From Squalus acanthias (taxonomy: Eukaryota): a stretch of 64,000 nucleotides of DNA. Each line of letters begins with the position of its first letter. Position 1 is the first letter of the stretch. The position numbers were made by a program, and so were the translations under genes. Shown here in pieces: positions 22,000 through 34,181 of this stretch. The stretch is taken from positions 14,324,001 through 14,388,000 of the forward strand of contig CM059433.1 in assembly GCA_030390025.1 (NCBI GenBank), given 5' to 3'. The notes below the pieces were generated by a model, which did not search any database, had not been told where the DNA came from, and saw only the letters and a list, made by a program, of their open reading frames with translations.

Positions 22000-24900
22000 A
22001 TTTTAAATAAATCTGTTGGACTATAACCTGGTCTTCTGAACAAAATTGCGGCCCATTATCAGACACAATTCCTTCTGGGAGGCCGTATGAAGAAAACAAT
22101 CTTCACTAATTGTCTAGTGTTTTGCTTGTTGTTATCCGCATCGGAAACACCTCTACCCACTTCGAGTGACTGTCTATCACTATGAACAATTGCTGTCCTT
22201 CTAGCACAGTAAAATCTACATGTAACCGTGGCCACACTCTGGGAGGCCATTTCCATGGCTGTAATGGTACTGATGGTGGTTTCCTGCTCACCGATTGACA
22301 TGTTGTACACTGACTGACTATGTACTCTATCTCTTTATCTAAACCTGGCCACCATAAATAACTCTGTGCAAAGCTCTTGGTCAAGCACATTTCCAGGTGC
22401 TGGTCATGAAGATCTTCTAACAATTTAGACCTGAACCGATTTGAGATAACCACTCTTGCTCCCCACATGATACAATCTTTATCCACTGACAATTCATTCC
22501 TACGAACGAAGTATGGATGGATATCTTCCTCTGATACCTGGTTTGACCATCCATTTGCTATGTAATCATACACCTTTGACATAATTGGGTCACGTTTGGT
22601 TGCCCTACCAATCTCTTCAGCTGTGACTGGCTGCTCACCAATGTATGAGAAATAGAACACTTCTCCCTTATTGGGTGTAACTTTTGATGGGGATGGCAAC
22701 CAGGACATAGCCTCAGCATTATTGTGATCAGCTGATCGTCTGTACTCAATGTCATACGTATACGCTGATAAAATCAAAGCCCATCTCTGCATTCGGGCTG
22801 CAGCTAAGTTTGGAACTGAGGACTTTGGATGGAGGATTGCTGTCAGGGGCTTAAAGTCAGTAACTATGGTTAACTTATGACCAAACAAGTATTTGTGAAA
22901 CTTCTTGACCCCAAAAATAATTGACAATACTTCCCTTTCGATCTGCACATAATTCCGCTCACTGGCACTGAGAGTGCGTGAAGCAAAAGCAATTGGTCTC
23001 TCCTCCACACTATCTAGTACATGAGAGGTCGATGCCCCAGCTCTGTATGGAGAGGCGTCACACGCTAGCTTGATCTCCTTAGATACATCATAGTGAACTA
23101 ACATGGTACTCGCTACTAACCGACTTTTACACTCTTTGAATGCTGTGTCGCATTCTTTTGACCTATTCCAAGGGACCTGTTTTCTTAACAGTTTATTCAG
23201 TGGATGTAACAATGTAGCCAAGTTTGGGAGGAACTTTCCGTAATAATTCAAAAGACCCAGAAATGATCGAAGTTCAGAGACATTCTTGGGAGTGGGTGCA
23301 TTTCTGATTGCATCCAGCTTTCCCTTGGTTGGATGTAAACCATCTTTGTCTACTCTGCCCTAAGTACTCCACTGAGTTTTGAAACAACTCACACTTGTGA
23401 GCTGTCACTCGTACTCCGTGCTTCTCTAGCCGTTTGAGCACTTCATTCAACACCTCATCATGGATTTGCCTGTTTGGTGCTGAAATGAGTCTGTCATCCA
23501 AATAACACACTACCCCTTCAATCCCTTGCAAAATTTGGTTCATCGCCCCTGGAATATGTTGGGGGCAGAAGACACTCCAGATGGTAGCCTATTGAACTGA
23601 TGTAGGCCGCAGTGAGTATTTATAGTCAAGCATGACTTGAACTCTTCATCTAACTCAAGTTGTAGGTAGACGTTTGTTAGATCTAACTTCGAAAAGATCT
23701 GGCCACCTGTCAGCGTTGTGAACAAATCTTCCACATTTGGCAACGTATTGGGTAGATTACACTCGAGAACCTGGTTTATGGTTACCTTATAATCACCACA
23801 TAACCTTACCTTACCATCTGACTTAGGTACAACAACAATGGGTGTAGCCCAATTACTCAGATCTACCTTAGAGATAATGTTCTCAGTTTCCAGTCTTTTG
23901 AGTTCTTGCTCAACTTTCTCCTTGAGTGCGTATGGTACGGGACGAGGCTTGCAGTAAACTGGTCTTGCGTCCTTCTGCACTCTGACACTCGCCTTGATGT
24001 CTTGAATCGGACTGCCCGTTTCGCTGAATACCTTCGGATACTGCTTGATGACTTCATCTTTCGATGCAAATTTTGCTTTCACATGAAAAATCTCATTCCA
24101 ATCCAGCTGCAGTGATCCCAACCAATTTCTACCTATTACGGCAGGCTTGTCTCCTGCCACTACTATGAGAGGCAAGCTCTGACACTGATCCTTGTATTTC
24201 ACTGGTATGGTGACACTTCCTACTACAGGGATTTGCTCTCCTGAGTAGCCTCGCAGCTCTACCTTCGATTTCTCTAGTCGATAATCACGCAACTGGTCGC
24301 GATATAGTGATTCCGGTACTACGCTCACGGATGCACCAGTGTCGCTTTCCATGGGTATCCTGGTTCCTGTGACATCTACTTGGATGACGATACCTCGCAA
24401 ATTGCTGTTAGATACCTTTGTGCTACTGATGACGTGAAACTCCTCATCCTGCTGCTTCTCTTCAACGGTATGTAGTGTCTGGCAATTTCTACTTCTAGCA
24501 TTGCCAATCAGTTTACTCTTCTGTCGGCATGCCTTCGCAAGATGCCCAGTTTTCTTGCAGTAGAAACACTCTGCCTTCACATATGGACAGCTTTGAGCGA
24601 CGTGTTGTCCCAGGCACCAATATCACGACTTCAATGCACTGTTACCTTGGCCAGTTGCTGAGACCTTGGGGCCCAACTGCCTTTTACTTTTAGCCTGCAG
24701 CCGATTCACCTCGGTTGTCTGACGACTGGAAATGGTGCAAAACTCTTGGGAGTATCGCTCAGCCATATCCATCGACATAGCTGCCTGACAAGCTAAGTCA
24801 AAAGTCAAGTTAGGGGTTGTCAACAATTTACTTCTGAGATGTTATTTTTCAACCCACACTGACACTTGCATTGAAGTCTTGGATCAGACTGCCCGTTTTG

Positions 24901-25838
24901 TGGAACACCTTTGGATACCGCTTGATGACACCATCAAAAGTCAAGTTAGGGGTTGTCAACAATTTACTTATGATACGTTCATTTTTCAACCCACAAACAA
25001 AGCGGTCACGCAAAGCTCGGTCCTGAAAGTTTCTGAAATGAGAGTGAATGGATGGCTTATTTAAAGCTACAATGTACTCACTGATACCCTCGTCATTTAA
25101 TTGATCACGTGTTTCAAAACGATAACTTTCAGCAATTTCCAGGGGCTCAGGACTGTAGTGCTGTTCTAACTTGATTAGGATCTCCTTCAGTGGCATGTCC
25201 TTCGGCTTGGCGGGAACAAGCACATTTTTCAGGATTTCATCCTCCTCGGGGCCTGCTTCAGTCAAAAAAATAGCCCGTTTCATTTCTAAAACCGCCCGGT
25301 TACGGTTTACATCATCGGGGACTTCGACGATACTATTCGCGGTGAAAAACATTTCTAGCCGCTCCACACACGCTCCGAAAGTCACTCGGTCGCGATGGAA
25401 CTCACCCAAGCGCCCTACTATTCCCATAGGCATGGCCATCTGGACTCTGGCAACGTCAACAGTTCAGCCACGTGTGCTCGAAATTTACCTCGGATTTTTA
25501 AGTTTTTCTGCAAAACGAAGAACCTCTAACAGCCCCTCCGTCGGTTGGCAGGATTATCCTCCAACAAAAATTTCAGCTCGGGAATCCGCAATCGCATCCT
25601 CATCGCCAATTCTGTGATATCTTGGGACACAGCATATATATACAACAGCACAACATGGCTTCCGGTAAGAACTTTACTGCACATGGCTTTATTATTATAT
25701 ACGTCAGTAGTCCACCATTTGGCTCTATTACAAGTTGTACTTTCAATTAATTTTGAAAGAAGCAATTTCATGTGTTGGACCTTAATTCCTTCCAAAATTT
25801 CTAAGTCCAGGTAACAAAATCAGTGGATGCAAGCATCA

Positions 25839-26895
25839 GGGAAGGCGATTTCCCCAGATACTTTAGGTGCTAAATAGTCTCTGAAGTGGGCAAAAAGATG
25901 TCCTAAGCTGAAAGGCTGGTTTAGCCCACATTTCATGCAAGACGCCATCTTGGTAAAGGAGTTGAAGCTTCCACTAGGAACGGCCGCCCGTGCATTGTTA
26001 AGGGGCTGATTGCCACTTAACTTGCCTGTTAGCGCTCATTAACGAGGCTGCATAGCATTTTGGTGGCTAGAGCTTGACCTAACGCCCTCTGCTAACATCG
26101 ACCAGCTGATTGGGAATAAACAAGTAATTGCAGAGGATTTCGAGCGCTACTTAAAGTTATTATCACCTTTACTGTTCACTTGCTGCCGGAGGTTTGAAGA
26201 GGTCTTTTGAAACACATCGGGAGACTTTCTGGGACATTTTGTTCAGACTTCACCAACACTCTATCAACGTTTGTTCTGGAAATTCTGAGGACTTCATCTA
26301 AAAAGCTTAAGTGCTGTGCTACCTTATAGGAATCACCAGGAGAAAAGGAGTGCTTGGCCATGGGCATCTCGCTAGGGGTCCCCCTTGATCTGCAGGAGGA
26401 ATGGGAGGAGGAGATGAGGCCAGGCAGAGCAACACCAGCTGCTGCAGGACAGAGGGACAGGAGGGCGAGGAGGATGAGGTGGAATCCTTCCCCCTTGCGG
26501 GTACAGGACATCCCTCCTCCTCTGGACCTCCTCCGCCAGGACCGTGCCCGAGGACCTCTGCACCCTCTCACTCAGTCCCACGGGCCATCCTAAAATGTCC
26601 CGCTCTGTGTCAGCCAGCACACTCCACACCTTCAGTGGAAGTGGGTGCGTGGAGCCCAAATATACTCCACGCTCCACGAAAATTGCGTCTAATCAGCGCT
26701 TGAGTGCTAAACCTGCAGGTGTCTGATTTAGCGCCTCCAGGAAAGCTCAAATGATGGTAATCAGCAATTAGGACCTAAACTACATGCTAAAACCAGACTT
26801 TCAAACAGGCGTGTCTTATCAGCACAGCACCCATTTAGCGGCTGTTTTCACCAAAACAACCCCCCATTATCGTCACAAGATTTAGAACTTAGGCC
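25839..26895. mobile_element. Internally deleted, degenerate Harbinger element
   Basis: Minus strand VLAEEVQRRRDVLYPQGGR is homologous to exon 1 of the Myb-like gene (ALVGAVERRRCILFPESGR); right end AACTTAGGCC; left edge approximate. Confidence 0.6.
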
Positions 26896-27363
26896 GAGGC
26901 AACCCTAGACAGAGCATATTTATTTCAAAGCTGTTTCTTCAGACCTTTGATTGCAGGTAATTGCAACTTAACCAAATAAAGTCTGCAGCATATAGAAACT
27001 TGTATTTTATGCTTATTCTGTAATTCTTTTGTGAAATATTTTCAAAATGAAAATTTTAAAAGCATCCTCATTTTCTCCAAATTGCCTCCACAGAAAAATG
27101 AAGCAGCAATAAAGGCCGTCATGTCTGCGCCAGGTCTATGCAACAGGAATCCAAAAACGAATCCCACTGCCCCCAGCCTCTCTCCATAGCCTGTATTTTT
27201 CCTGCCTCAAATATTTTCCCACTTTTCCCTTAAAAGATGAAATAGTCTCTGCATCAACTACTTCCAGTGGAAAAAGCATTTCATGCTCCAACAATCCTCC
27301 ATGCAAAAAACATTTCCCCTAACCTCTCCCCTCACTCGATGTCAATCTTAAATTGATAACACC

Positions 27364-27582
27364 TCCTGGCCAACATTTACCCCTCAACCAACATCACTCA
27401 AAACAGATTATCTGGTCATTATCACATTGCTGTTTGTGGGAGCTTGCTGTGTGCAAATTGGCTGCTGCGTTTCCTACATTACAACAGTGACTACACTCAA
27501 AAAAAGTACTTTATTGGCTGTAAGGGCCTTTGGGAGGTAATGAGATTGCGAAAGGCGCCATATAAATGCAAGTCTTTCTTTA
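27364..27582 (+). mobile_element. Deu-type SINE 3' half, inserted in an old minus-strand CR1 relic (about 27150-27835)
   Basis: Matches the SINE at 11905-12110; flanks resemble degraded CR1 3' ORF2. Confidence 0.75.
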
Positions 27583-28254
27583 TTACTGACTCCACAAACG
27601 GAAGAAATAGTCTTTCCCTGTTCACTCTTATCAAAACTGTGCATAATTTAAAAAAAAAACCAATTAAGTCTTCTCTGCTTCAGTCCCAGAATCTCAAATC
27701 TTTCCTTATAACCATAGTTTCCCATCCCTGGCATCATCCTGATGAATTGATGCTGTATGCGTTCTTCGGCTTTAATGGCCTTTCTATAATGTGGTGCGCA
27801 GAACTACGCACAGTACTCTGAAATATGGCCTAACCATGCAGATTATGTGTGATCAATAATACATCCCATGGTGCAGAGACAGTTGCTTCCTGGACCGTAG
27901 TAATTAGAGAAAATATGGATCCTAATTGGTTCAGACTATAAAGTACTTTCCAAAGTGCAAACATATTCTGAAGCTCATTCCATCCACCCAGCACTCAGGC
28001 AATCTCTGCACTACTTTAATCTTCTAACGGTGCCCAAGTGCTGCCTTATGACTAACTGTGCATCATTTATCCAGAAGGCTATAGCAGCCAGATGGACAAT
28101 ATGAACCACTGATGCAAGTGCCTGAGCAACTGAACGTGAAAACCCTCCATTTTATCATCCCTGACAGATACTTCTGACTTCTTATTCCCAATGCCCTCAA
28201 CATTCTGCAATTCAAAGACACAATCGGTAGTTTATAGATTGTGGAAAAATAGAA

Positions 28255-28441
28255 GGGGCAATTTTAACCAAACTCACCAGGCGGGAAAGCCCCCCCGGAT
28301 CGGGTGGAACGCTAGTTTTACACCCCACCCAATATTATTCTCTGTTAACTTCAATGGAGAGTAAAATCGGGAGGGGTTTAAAACCAGCCTTGCTCACGAT
28401 CTCGTCAGTTTCCCGATGGCAGTTTAGGTTAAAATTGCCCC
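28255..28441. mobile_element. Short palindromic MITE (about 187 bp)
   Basis: Perfect 15-bp TIR GGGGCAATTTTAACC/GGTTAAAATTGCCCC; arms pair around a central TTAACTTCAATGGA. Confidence 0.75.
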
Positions 28442-29203
28442 CATTTTCTTTATAATATTGAAATCCTAAAATTCTACATTTACTCCCTCATCAATATTAC
28501 GTGGGCTACAGAAAATGTTATAAGTGGAGTGCCATTATTTTGGTGGCAAGTTTATTGCATGGAAAAGGGGATGTATATCAAGGGGGAGTCTATCTGTGAG
28601 AATGCATTTGCCAACATGCAGGTGTGTTGCGCAGATGGATTTAGTTTCTGGCAATGGTGCTGCAACATGTGTCTTTATCTCGACCAGTGTTAACAAGCTC
28701 ACTAGACAATCAAAGGGGAGGTATGCAATGCATCCCTAGCGGGTACAGTTTCCATTTTCTTTCATGGTATAATGACGGTGGGAACAGGGCTTCGAAGGGG
28801 TTGAGGTTAGTGGTGGGATCTTGCTTTTTTTTATAAATGAGCAGATTTTAGGACTTTCATTGCCAAAACTAAAGCCAAATCTGGACATTACATTATCGCT
28901 CCTGTTTACAACTTCAGATGACAGGGTGGGTAGATGGAAACTTCTGGCAATGGAACTATTTGGCAGCAATTCTGAAAGTCACCTCAATTTACAGTTTGGC
29001 TCCACGCAGGAAAAAATTAGCCTAGAAGGAAGCAGCACCACCATGAGGGAAACAGAAGAAGAGAAATCCTTACTGCTGTAATAGAGCCACTTGGTTGGCT
29101 ACTGATGTATATAAAAATAAAGCCATATGCAGTACAGTTCTTACTCGGAAGCCATGTTGTGCTGTTGTGTATATATATGCTGTGTCTCAAGATATCACAG
29201 AAT

Positions 29204-29218
29204 TGGCGATGAGGATGC
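29204..29218 (+). promoter_or_regulatory. Primer-binding site complementary to the tRNA-Ser(GCU) 3' end
   Basis: TGGCGATGAGGATG (copy C: TGGCGATGAGGATGAGATT) versus the expected complement TGGCGACGAGGATGGGATT of vertebrate tRNA-Ser-GCT, recalled from memory. Confidence 0.65.
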
Positions 29219-30068
29219 AATTGTGGATTCCCTGGCTGAAATTTTTGTTGGAGGATAATCCTGCCAACCGACGGAGGGACTGTTAGTGGTTCTTCGTTTT
29301 GCAGAAAAACTTAAAAATCCGCGGTAAATTTCGAGCACACGTGGCTGAACTGTTGACCTTGCCAGAATCCAGATGTCAGCACCTATGGGAATAATAGGGC
29401 GCTTGGGTGAGTTCCATCGCGACCGAGAGACTTTCAAAGCGTATGTGGAGCGGCTAGAAATGTTTTTCACCGTGAATAGTATTGTCGAAGTCCCCGATGA
29501 TGTAAACCGTAACCGGGCGGTTTTAGAAATGAAACGGGCTATTTTTTTGACTGAAGCAGGCGTATGAAACCCTGAATAATTTGCTTGCACTCGCCAAGCC
29601 GAAGGACATGCCACTGAAGGAGATCCTAACCAAGTTAGAACAGCACTACAGTCCTGAGCCCCTGGAAATTGCTGAAAATTATCGTTTTGGAACACGTGAT
29701 CAATTAAATGACGAGGGTATCAGTGAGTACATTGTAGCTTTAAATAAGCTATCCATTCACTGTCATTTCGGAAACTTTCAGGACCGAGCTTTGCGTGACC
29801 GCTTTGTTTGTGGGTTGAGAAATGAACGTATCATAAGTAAATTGTTGACAACCCCTAACTTGACTTTTGACTTAGCTTGTCGAAAGATGATGTCATCAAG
29901 CAGTATCCGAAGGTGTTCCACGAAACGGGCAGTCTGATCCAAGACTTCAAGGCGAGTGTCAGAGTGCAGAAGGATGCAAGACCAGTTTACTGCAAGCCAC
30001 GTCCCGTACCATACGCACTCAAGGAGAAAGTTGAGCAAGAACTCAGGAGACTAGAAACTGAGAACATT

Positions 30069-30844
30069 GGGGGCGAAATTCGGCTTCTTTGCGCCCGCCG
30101 TTGGCGCCTCCGGAGGGCGCTAAAGGAGCGCAACGGGCTTATCGCCCGGGCGGGGTCGCTAATACCACCTGCCGAGAAATTAGGTGGGGCGCTACTGTGG
30201 TGCTAGCCGATAGCGCCGCGCCCCCGCTGTTAGCACGTCGGGCAGCTGCATCACCGGGAATTACGCCATTGGCGAGTGACGTGACCGCTTAGCGCCCTGC
30301 CGCGGCCCCTTAGCGTCCGGCGGCAAAAATTCGGCTACGTCCCGCGAGGCTGCTGTGGGCGATGTCAGCGACAGCCTCGCGAGTCGCAAACCGGGACGCA
30401 CACCACGGGCGGGGCGGTAATTAAAGGGGCGGTCTGGCTGTGCCCCGCGCCGACCTTTCATTATTTTGGCCAGCCTCCAGGTCGGACCCTCTTGCCGGGC
30501 TTGGTGTAGACTGTGGCCACGGCACCACGCCACCTTGGTTGGCTAGTGGAGGCCATCAAACGGCATGCAGAGTGTGCAGCGGCCCTCCCCTTTAACAGAA
30601 GGGGAGGGGCGATGAAATGTGTCAGCGCTACGCGGAGCGGCCGCTTAGTGCTCCAGCACTACCGTGCTTTGTGCCCTAGACACCACCCCGAGAGGAAGTG
30701 GAGCGCCCGAGATAACGCTCCGCTGCCTCGCCTGGGCGGAAAGTCCAATTTAGTGGTCGGGGAGGTACTCCCGCCCCGGGCGCTAAATGTCTGCCGCTAA
30801 TTTGGTTACGGCCCCCAAACGGGTCATTACCAAATTTCGCCCCC
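30069..30844. mobile_element. Harbinger-type non-autonomous element (776 bp) inserted in Gypsy copy B
   Basis: Perfect 12-bp TIR GGGGGCGAAATT; TSD ATT confirmed by the empty site GAACATTATCTCT in copies A and C. Confidence 0.92.
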
Positions 30845-33611
30845 ATTATCTCTAAGGTAGATCTGAGTAATTTGGCTACACCCATTGTTGTTGTATCTAA
30901 GTCAGATGGTAAGGTAAGATTGTGTGGTGATTATAAGGTAACCGTAAACCAGGTTCTAGAGTGTAATCTACCCAATACATTGCCAAATGTGGAAGATTTG
31001 TTCACAACGCTGACAGGTGGCCAGATCTTTTCGAAGTTAGATCTAACAAACGCCTACCTACAACTTGAGTTAGATGAAGAGTCCAAGTCATGCTTGACTA
31101 TAAATACTCACTGAGGCCTATATCAGTTCAATAGGCTACCATTTAGCGTGTCTTCTGCCCCTGACATATTCCAGGGGGTGATGAACCAAATTTTTTTTCA
31201 GTGTACAACATGTCAATCGGTGAGCAAGAAACCACCATCAGTACCATTACAGCCATGGAAATGGCCTCCCAGAGTGTGGCAAGGGTTACATGTAGATTTT
31301 GCTGAGCTAGAAGGACAGCAATTGTTCATTGTGATAGATTGTCCAAGAAGCAAGTCCAAGAGAAAGTCAGAATTTAAGTCTGAGCCCGAGTCAGGCAGAC
31401 AAACAGTCTGAAAGTGCAGAGAGTCCAAATGTAGATCAAGGTCAGCCCTGGGAGAAAAATTCTCCACAGGCTCAGCCTAGAATTAATCAAAGTCCTACAA
31501 CAAGATCTGAAAGTTCTGTTCAAGAAAGGAGGTATCCTCTTCCAAACAGAAAACCAGTGGTTCAGTTTAATCTGTAAATATGGAAAATAAGTTCATATCT
31601 TTTGTTTGTGTTACAGAATTCTATAGTAGTATTTGGAAACATAAAATGGGTTCCATTTGAGAAATGTATACCAAGAGTTGTGTATACCATGCAAGTCATG
31701 TATGATGATTATTTGCTATGATTAACTTCTTCAATAAGGAGAGAGAAGTGTAATGGAGCCACCTGGTGGAATACTGATGTATATAATAATAAAGCCATAT
31801 GCAGTACAGTTCTTACTGGAAGCCATGTTGTGCTGTTGTGTGTGTGTATATATATATATGTTGTCTCAAGATATCACAACTGCGACCAAAGTAAAGGAGG
31901 ATTAGGGAACCAACCATCATTATTACTGTGAGAAAGGAAGATGGAAGGCACTCCTGTTGCGAGGTGTCACAATTAGACTATGAAGGAGAGGAAAAAACAA
32001 CAATCCTGTAAGCGTGAAGGGTAAATATGAACCAAGCACAATTGAGAGTAGCTTTAGCCTCTCACTCATTGTTGCAGGGGAGCTGACAGGAAAGAACTGC
32101 TGTTAAAGGATACTTGTATCTGCATTGACCTGATAGGTCTGCTTTTCAAGTACAAGACAGCTTATTTTGCTAATTTAGTTTGGTTGTGGTTTTACAACAT
32201 TTATATTGCAGGTTTGATTAAAATGAAAGATCAGTAAAGGCGTGAGAACAGGGATTGTTCATGTGGTCAGCCTCAGGATGGAAAGGATGAAACCTGAAGC
32301 AGTAAATTTCTGTGGAAGCACTGGGAGAGGACAGAGCGTATGTGCGTATGTTGGTACAACAGGCCCAGCTGGCAGGATAGACTTGTTCAGGAAAGCCACG
32401 CACTTTGGTCAGATGTCTGATCCAAATCTTGAGCTTGGCAAAAAGCCAGAATAGTGAGCATGTAAATGGCAGAAGATTGGGGGGAAAAAAAAAACCTGTT
32501 GTCTGTTTGTTTGGAAGTGACTGAGAATGAGCAACAAATTACACTGACAACACCTCAGTTGAAACTTCATAATCACTCAGAGTGAAGCTACTGGAATCCA
32601 ATTTGTGCGGCTAACTTTGTCACATTTTGTGAAGCGCTGTTTGGTTTGCACATCCCTGGGGCAAAATGATACCTGTACAACATGTCACATTAGCAAAACT
32701 AATGAAAGCAATGAAGACAGAATTTGGAATTGTATGTCTGAATTGCAGCTCATTTGAATTCAGATAAAATGCTTTCCTCTGAGACGTAAAATAAAATAAA
32801 GGCAACAGCAATTTGCATCAATATTGCTGAGTCTCATGTGATAAGAATCAACCAACAGTTCAGGTACAACTGAGTAACTACAGTATACGTTACTTCTCAG
32901 TTATAAGGACAGAACACAGTGTCACACACGGGGTAAATCCATTTTTCCATTTCAGAATAAACTCAAAGCATAGTAATAAGTAACCACAAAGGTTTATAGT
33001 GTAATCCATAAAATAGCAGTCTATATAAAAGTATCATCTTTATAATCTCTATTTCAATTGAGTTCTAACAATGTGCAAGCCCAGGACCGAAGACACAGCT
33101 AACATCATTAACCTGTCATTCAATTTTCCTTCTGGACTCTTTATTTATTCTAAATGGGCTTCTGAAGTATTTGTTTGAAATGCAGCCATCGTTGCACCAA
33201 ATTAATGAGATATGAGTCAGTGTCACAAGCCTGTATGTTGCTGCGGGTTTTTCTACTCTTTGATTAATTCGGAATTAACTTCCAAAAGAATACTGATGTA
33301 ATACAGGCCAGCACATTAAGGGCATTAAAGATTACTACACTCCATATACTCCTCCAAGAACGTCCTTTATGCATTTCAGCAGTCTGTGCCTGATGAAAAT
33401 TTCTCCTGAAATATAGAACAGTTGTGGTTGTCTGCAGAGGACATCCAGCAAAGGTCACTTCAGTGTAAGCTATCAATATGCAACAGAAACTGCTGTACCT
33501 TCTCCTAGTCAGACTTTAAACCAAATATTCAGTTTTATATATAAATAAATTGATGGCTTGAGAAATACAACATTCTGGTTTTCAGCAACTCCATTTAATA
33601 TAATGAGATTT

Positions 33612-34181
33612 AACAGGTTATAGCAGGATTTAAAAAAGATACAGAACTGCTGCAGATGGCTAAAAAAAATGGAGCAAGCTCTCCAAACAGAAAACGATAC
33701 TCCTCTTCCTGTTCAATCTGAGATTCAAACACACGCACACACACTTCCCAGAAGACTCTGGATAGTGAGAACCACAGTTAATATTTTCCCCCCTCTTCAT
33801 CCTAAAGCACTGGTGAATAATAGCATTGTTCACTCCCACTCCAGCTGAAATCAGCTAACTCAGACTCGGGAACGATCCTCGGATGTTTGAGTCTCAGTCC
33901 CTCAAAAACAGAGCAGGTGTGATGGTAAAACACACTTGCTACAAGTGTTGAATCGTATCCTCGATTTACTTCAGTGTCAACAGTTACAGCACTGCTGGGG
34001 TGAAAATCGAATTAATTGCATATTGCACGACAGAAAGATGTAATATTGCTTAGCTGAGAAATAAACCGTGTCGGGGGGAGATTGAATAGGAAGGAGTACC
34101 ACTTTCTGTTTGGAGAGCTTGCTCCATTTTTTAGCCATCTGCAACAGTCTTGTATCTTTTTAAATCCTGCTATAACCTGTT
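33612..34181. repeat. Long imperfect inverted repeat: arms 33612-33719 and 34079-34181
   Basis: AACAGGTTATAGCAGGATTTAAAAA..GGAGCAAGCTCTCCAAACAGAAA..TTCAATCT and its reverse complement, with a spacer of about 360 bp. Confidence 0.85.

Larger units (their letters stand above)
21770..22031. mobile_element. Penelope-like element insertion: two inverted partial pLTRs
   Basis: Interrupts the integrase SDNGPQFCSEEF codons; 12-bp TSD TCTTCTGAACAA (21758-21769 and 22032-22043); about 80-bp inverted arms. Confidence 0.8.
20899..25439 (-). pseudogene. gag-pol of Gypsy copy A (gag with two zinc knuckles, protease, RT, RNase H, integrase)
   Basis: CFYCKKTGHLAKAC, DTGAS, KVRLCGDYK, YLDD, LACDAS, HDQH..CTTC, LHVDF, SDNG, NGAAER; several stops and frameshifts. 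Confidence 0.9.
20608..25732 (-). mobile_element. Ty3/Gypsy (Mag-like, K02A2.6-like) LTR retrotransposon, copy A, near full length, degenerate
   Basis: LTRs 25613-25732 and 20608 to about 20727; 5-bp TSD AGTTG (20603-20607 and 25733-25737); PBS TGGCGATGAGGATG; gag-PR-RT-RH-IN order. Confidence 0.93.
29077..31878 (+). mobile_element. Mag-like Gypsy copy B, internally deleted non-autonomous derivative
   Basis: LTRs 29077-29199 and 31749-31878 (TG..CA), TSD ACTGC/ACTGC, PBS at 29204, PPT 31733-31748; large deletions at about 29880, 31192 and 31342. Confidence 0.93.

Noticed and set aside
32242..32454. Short ORF in unique sequence (also 40776-41096)
   Set aside because: No recognisable domain or convincing splice sites; length expected by chance.
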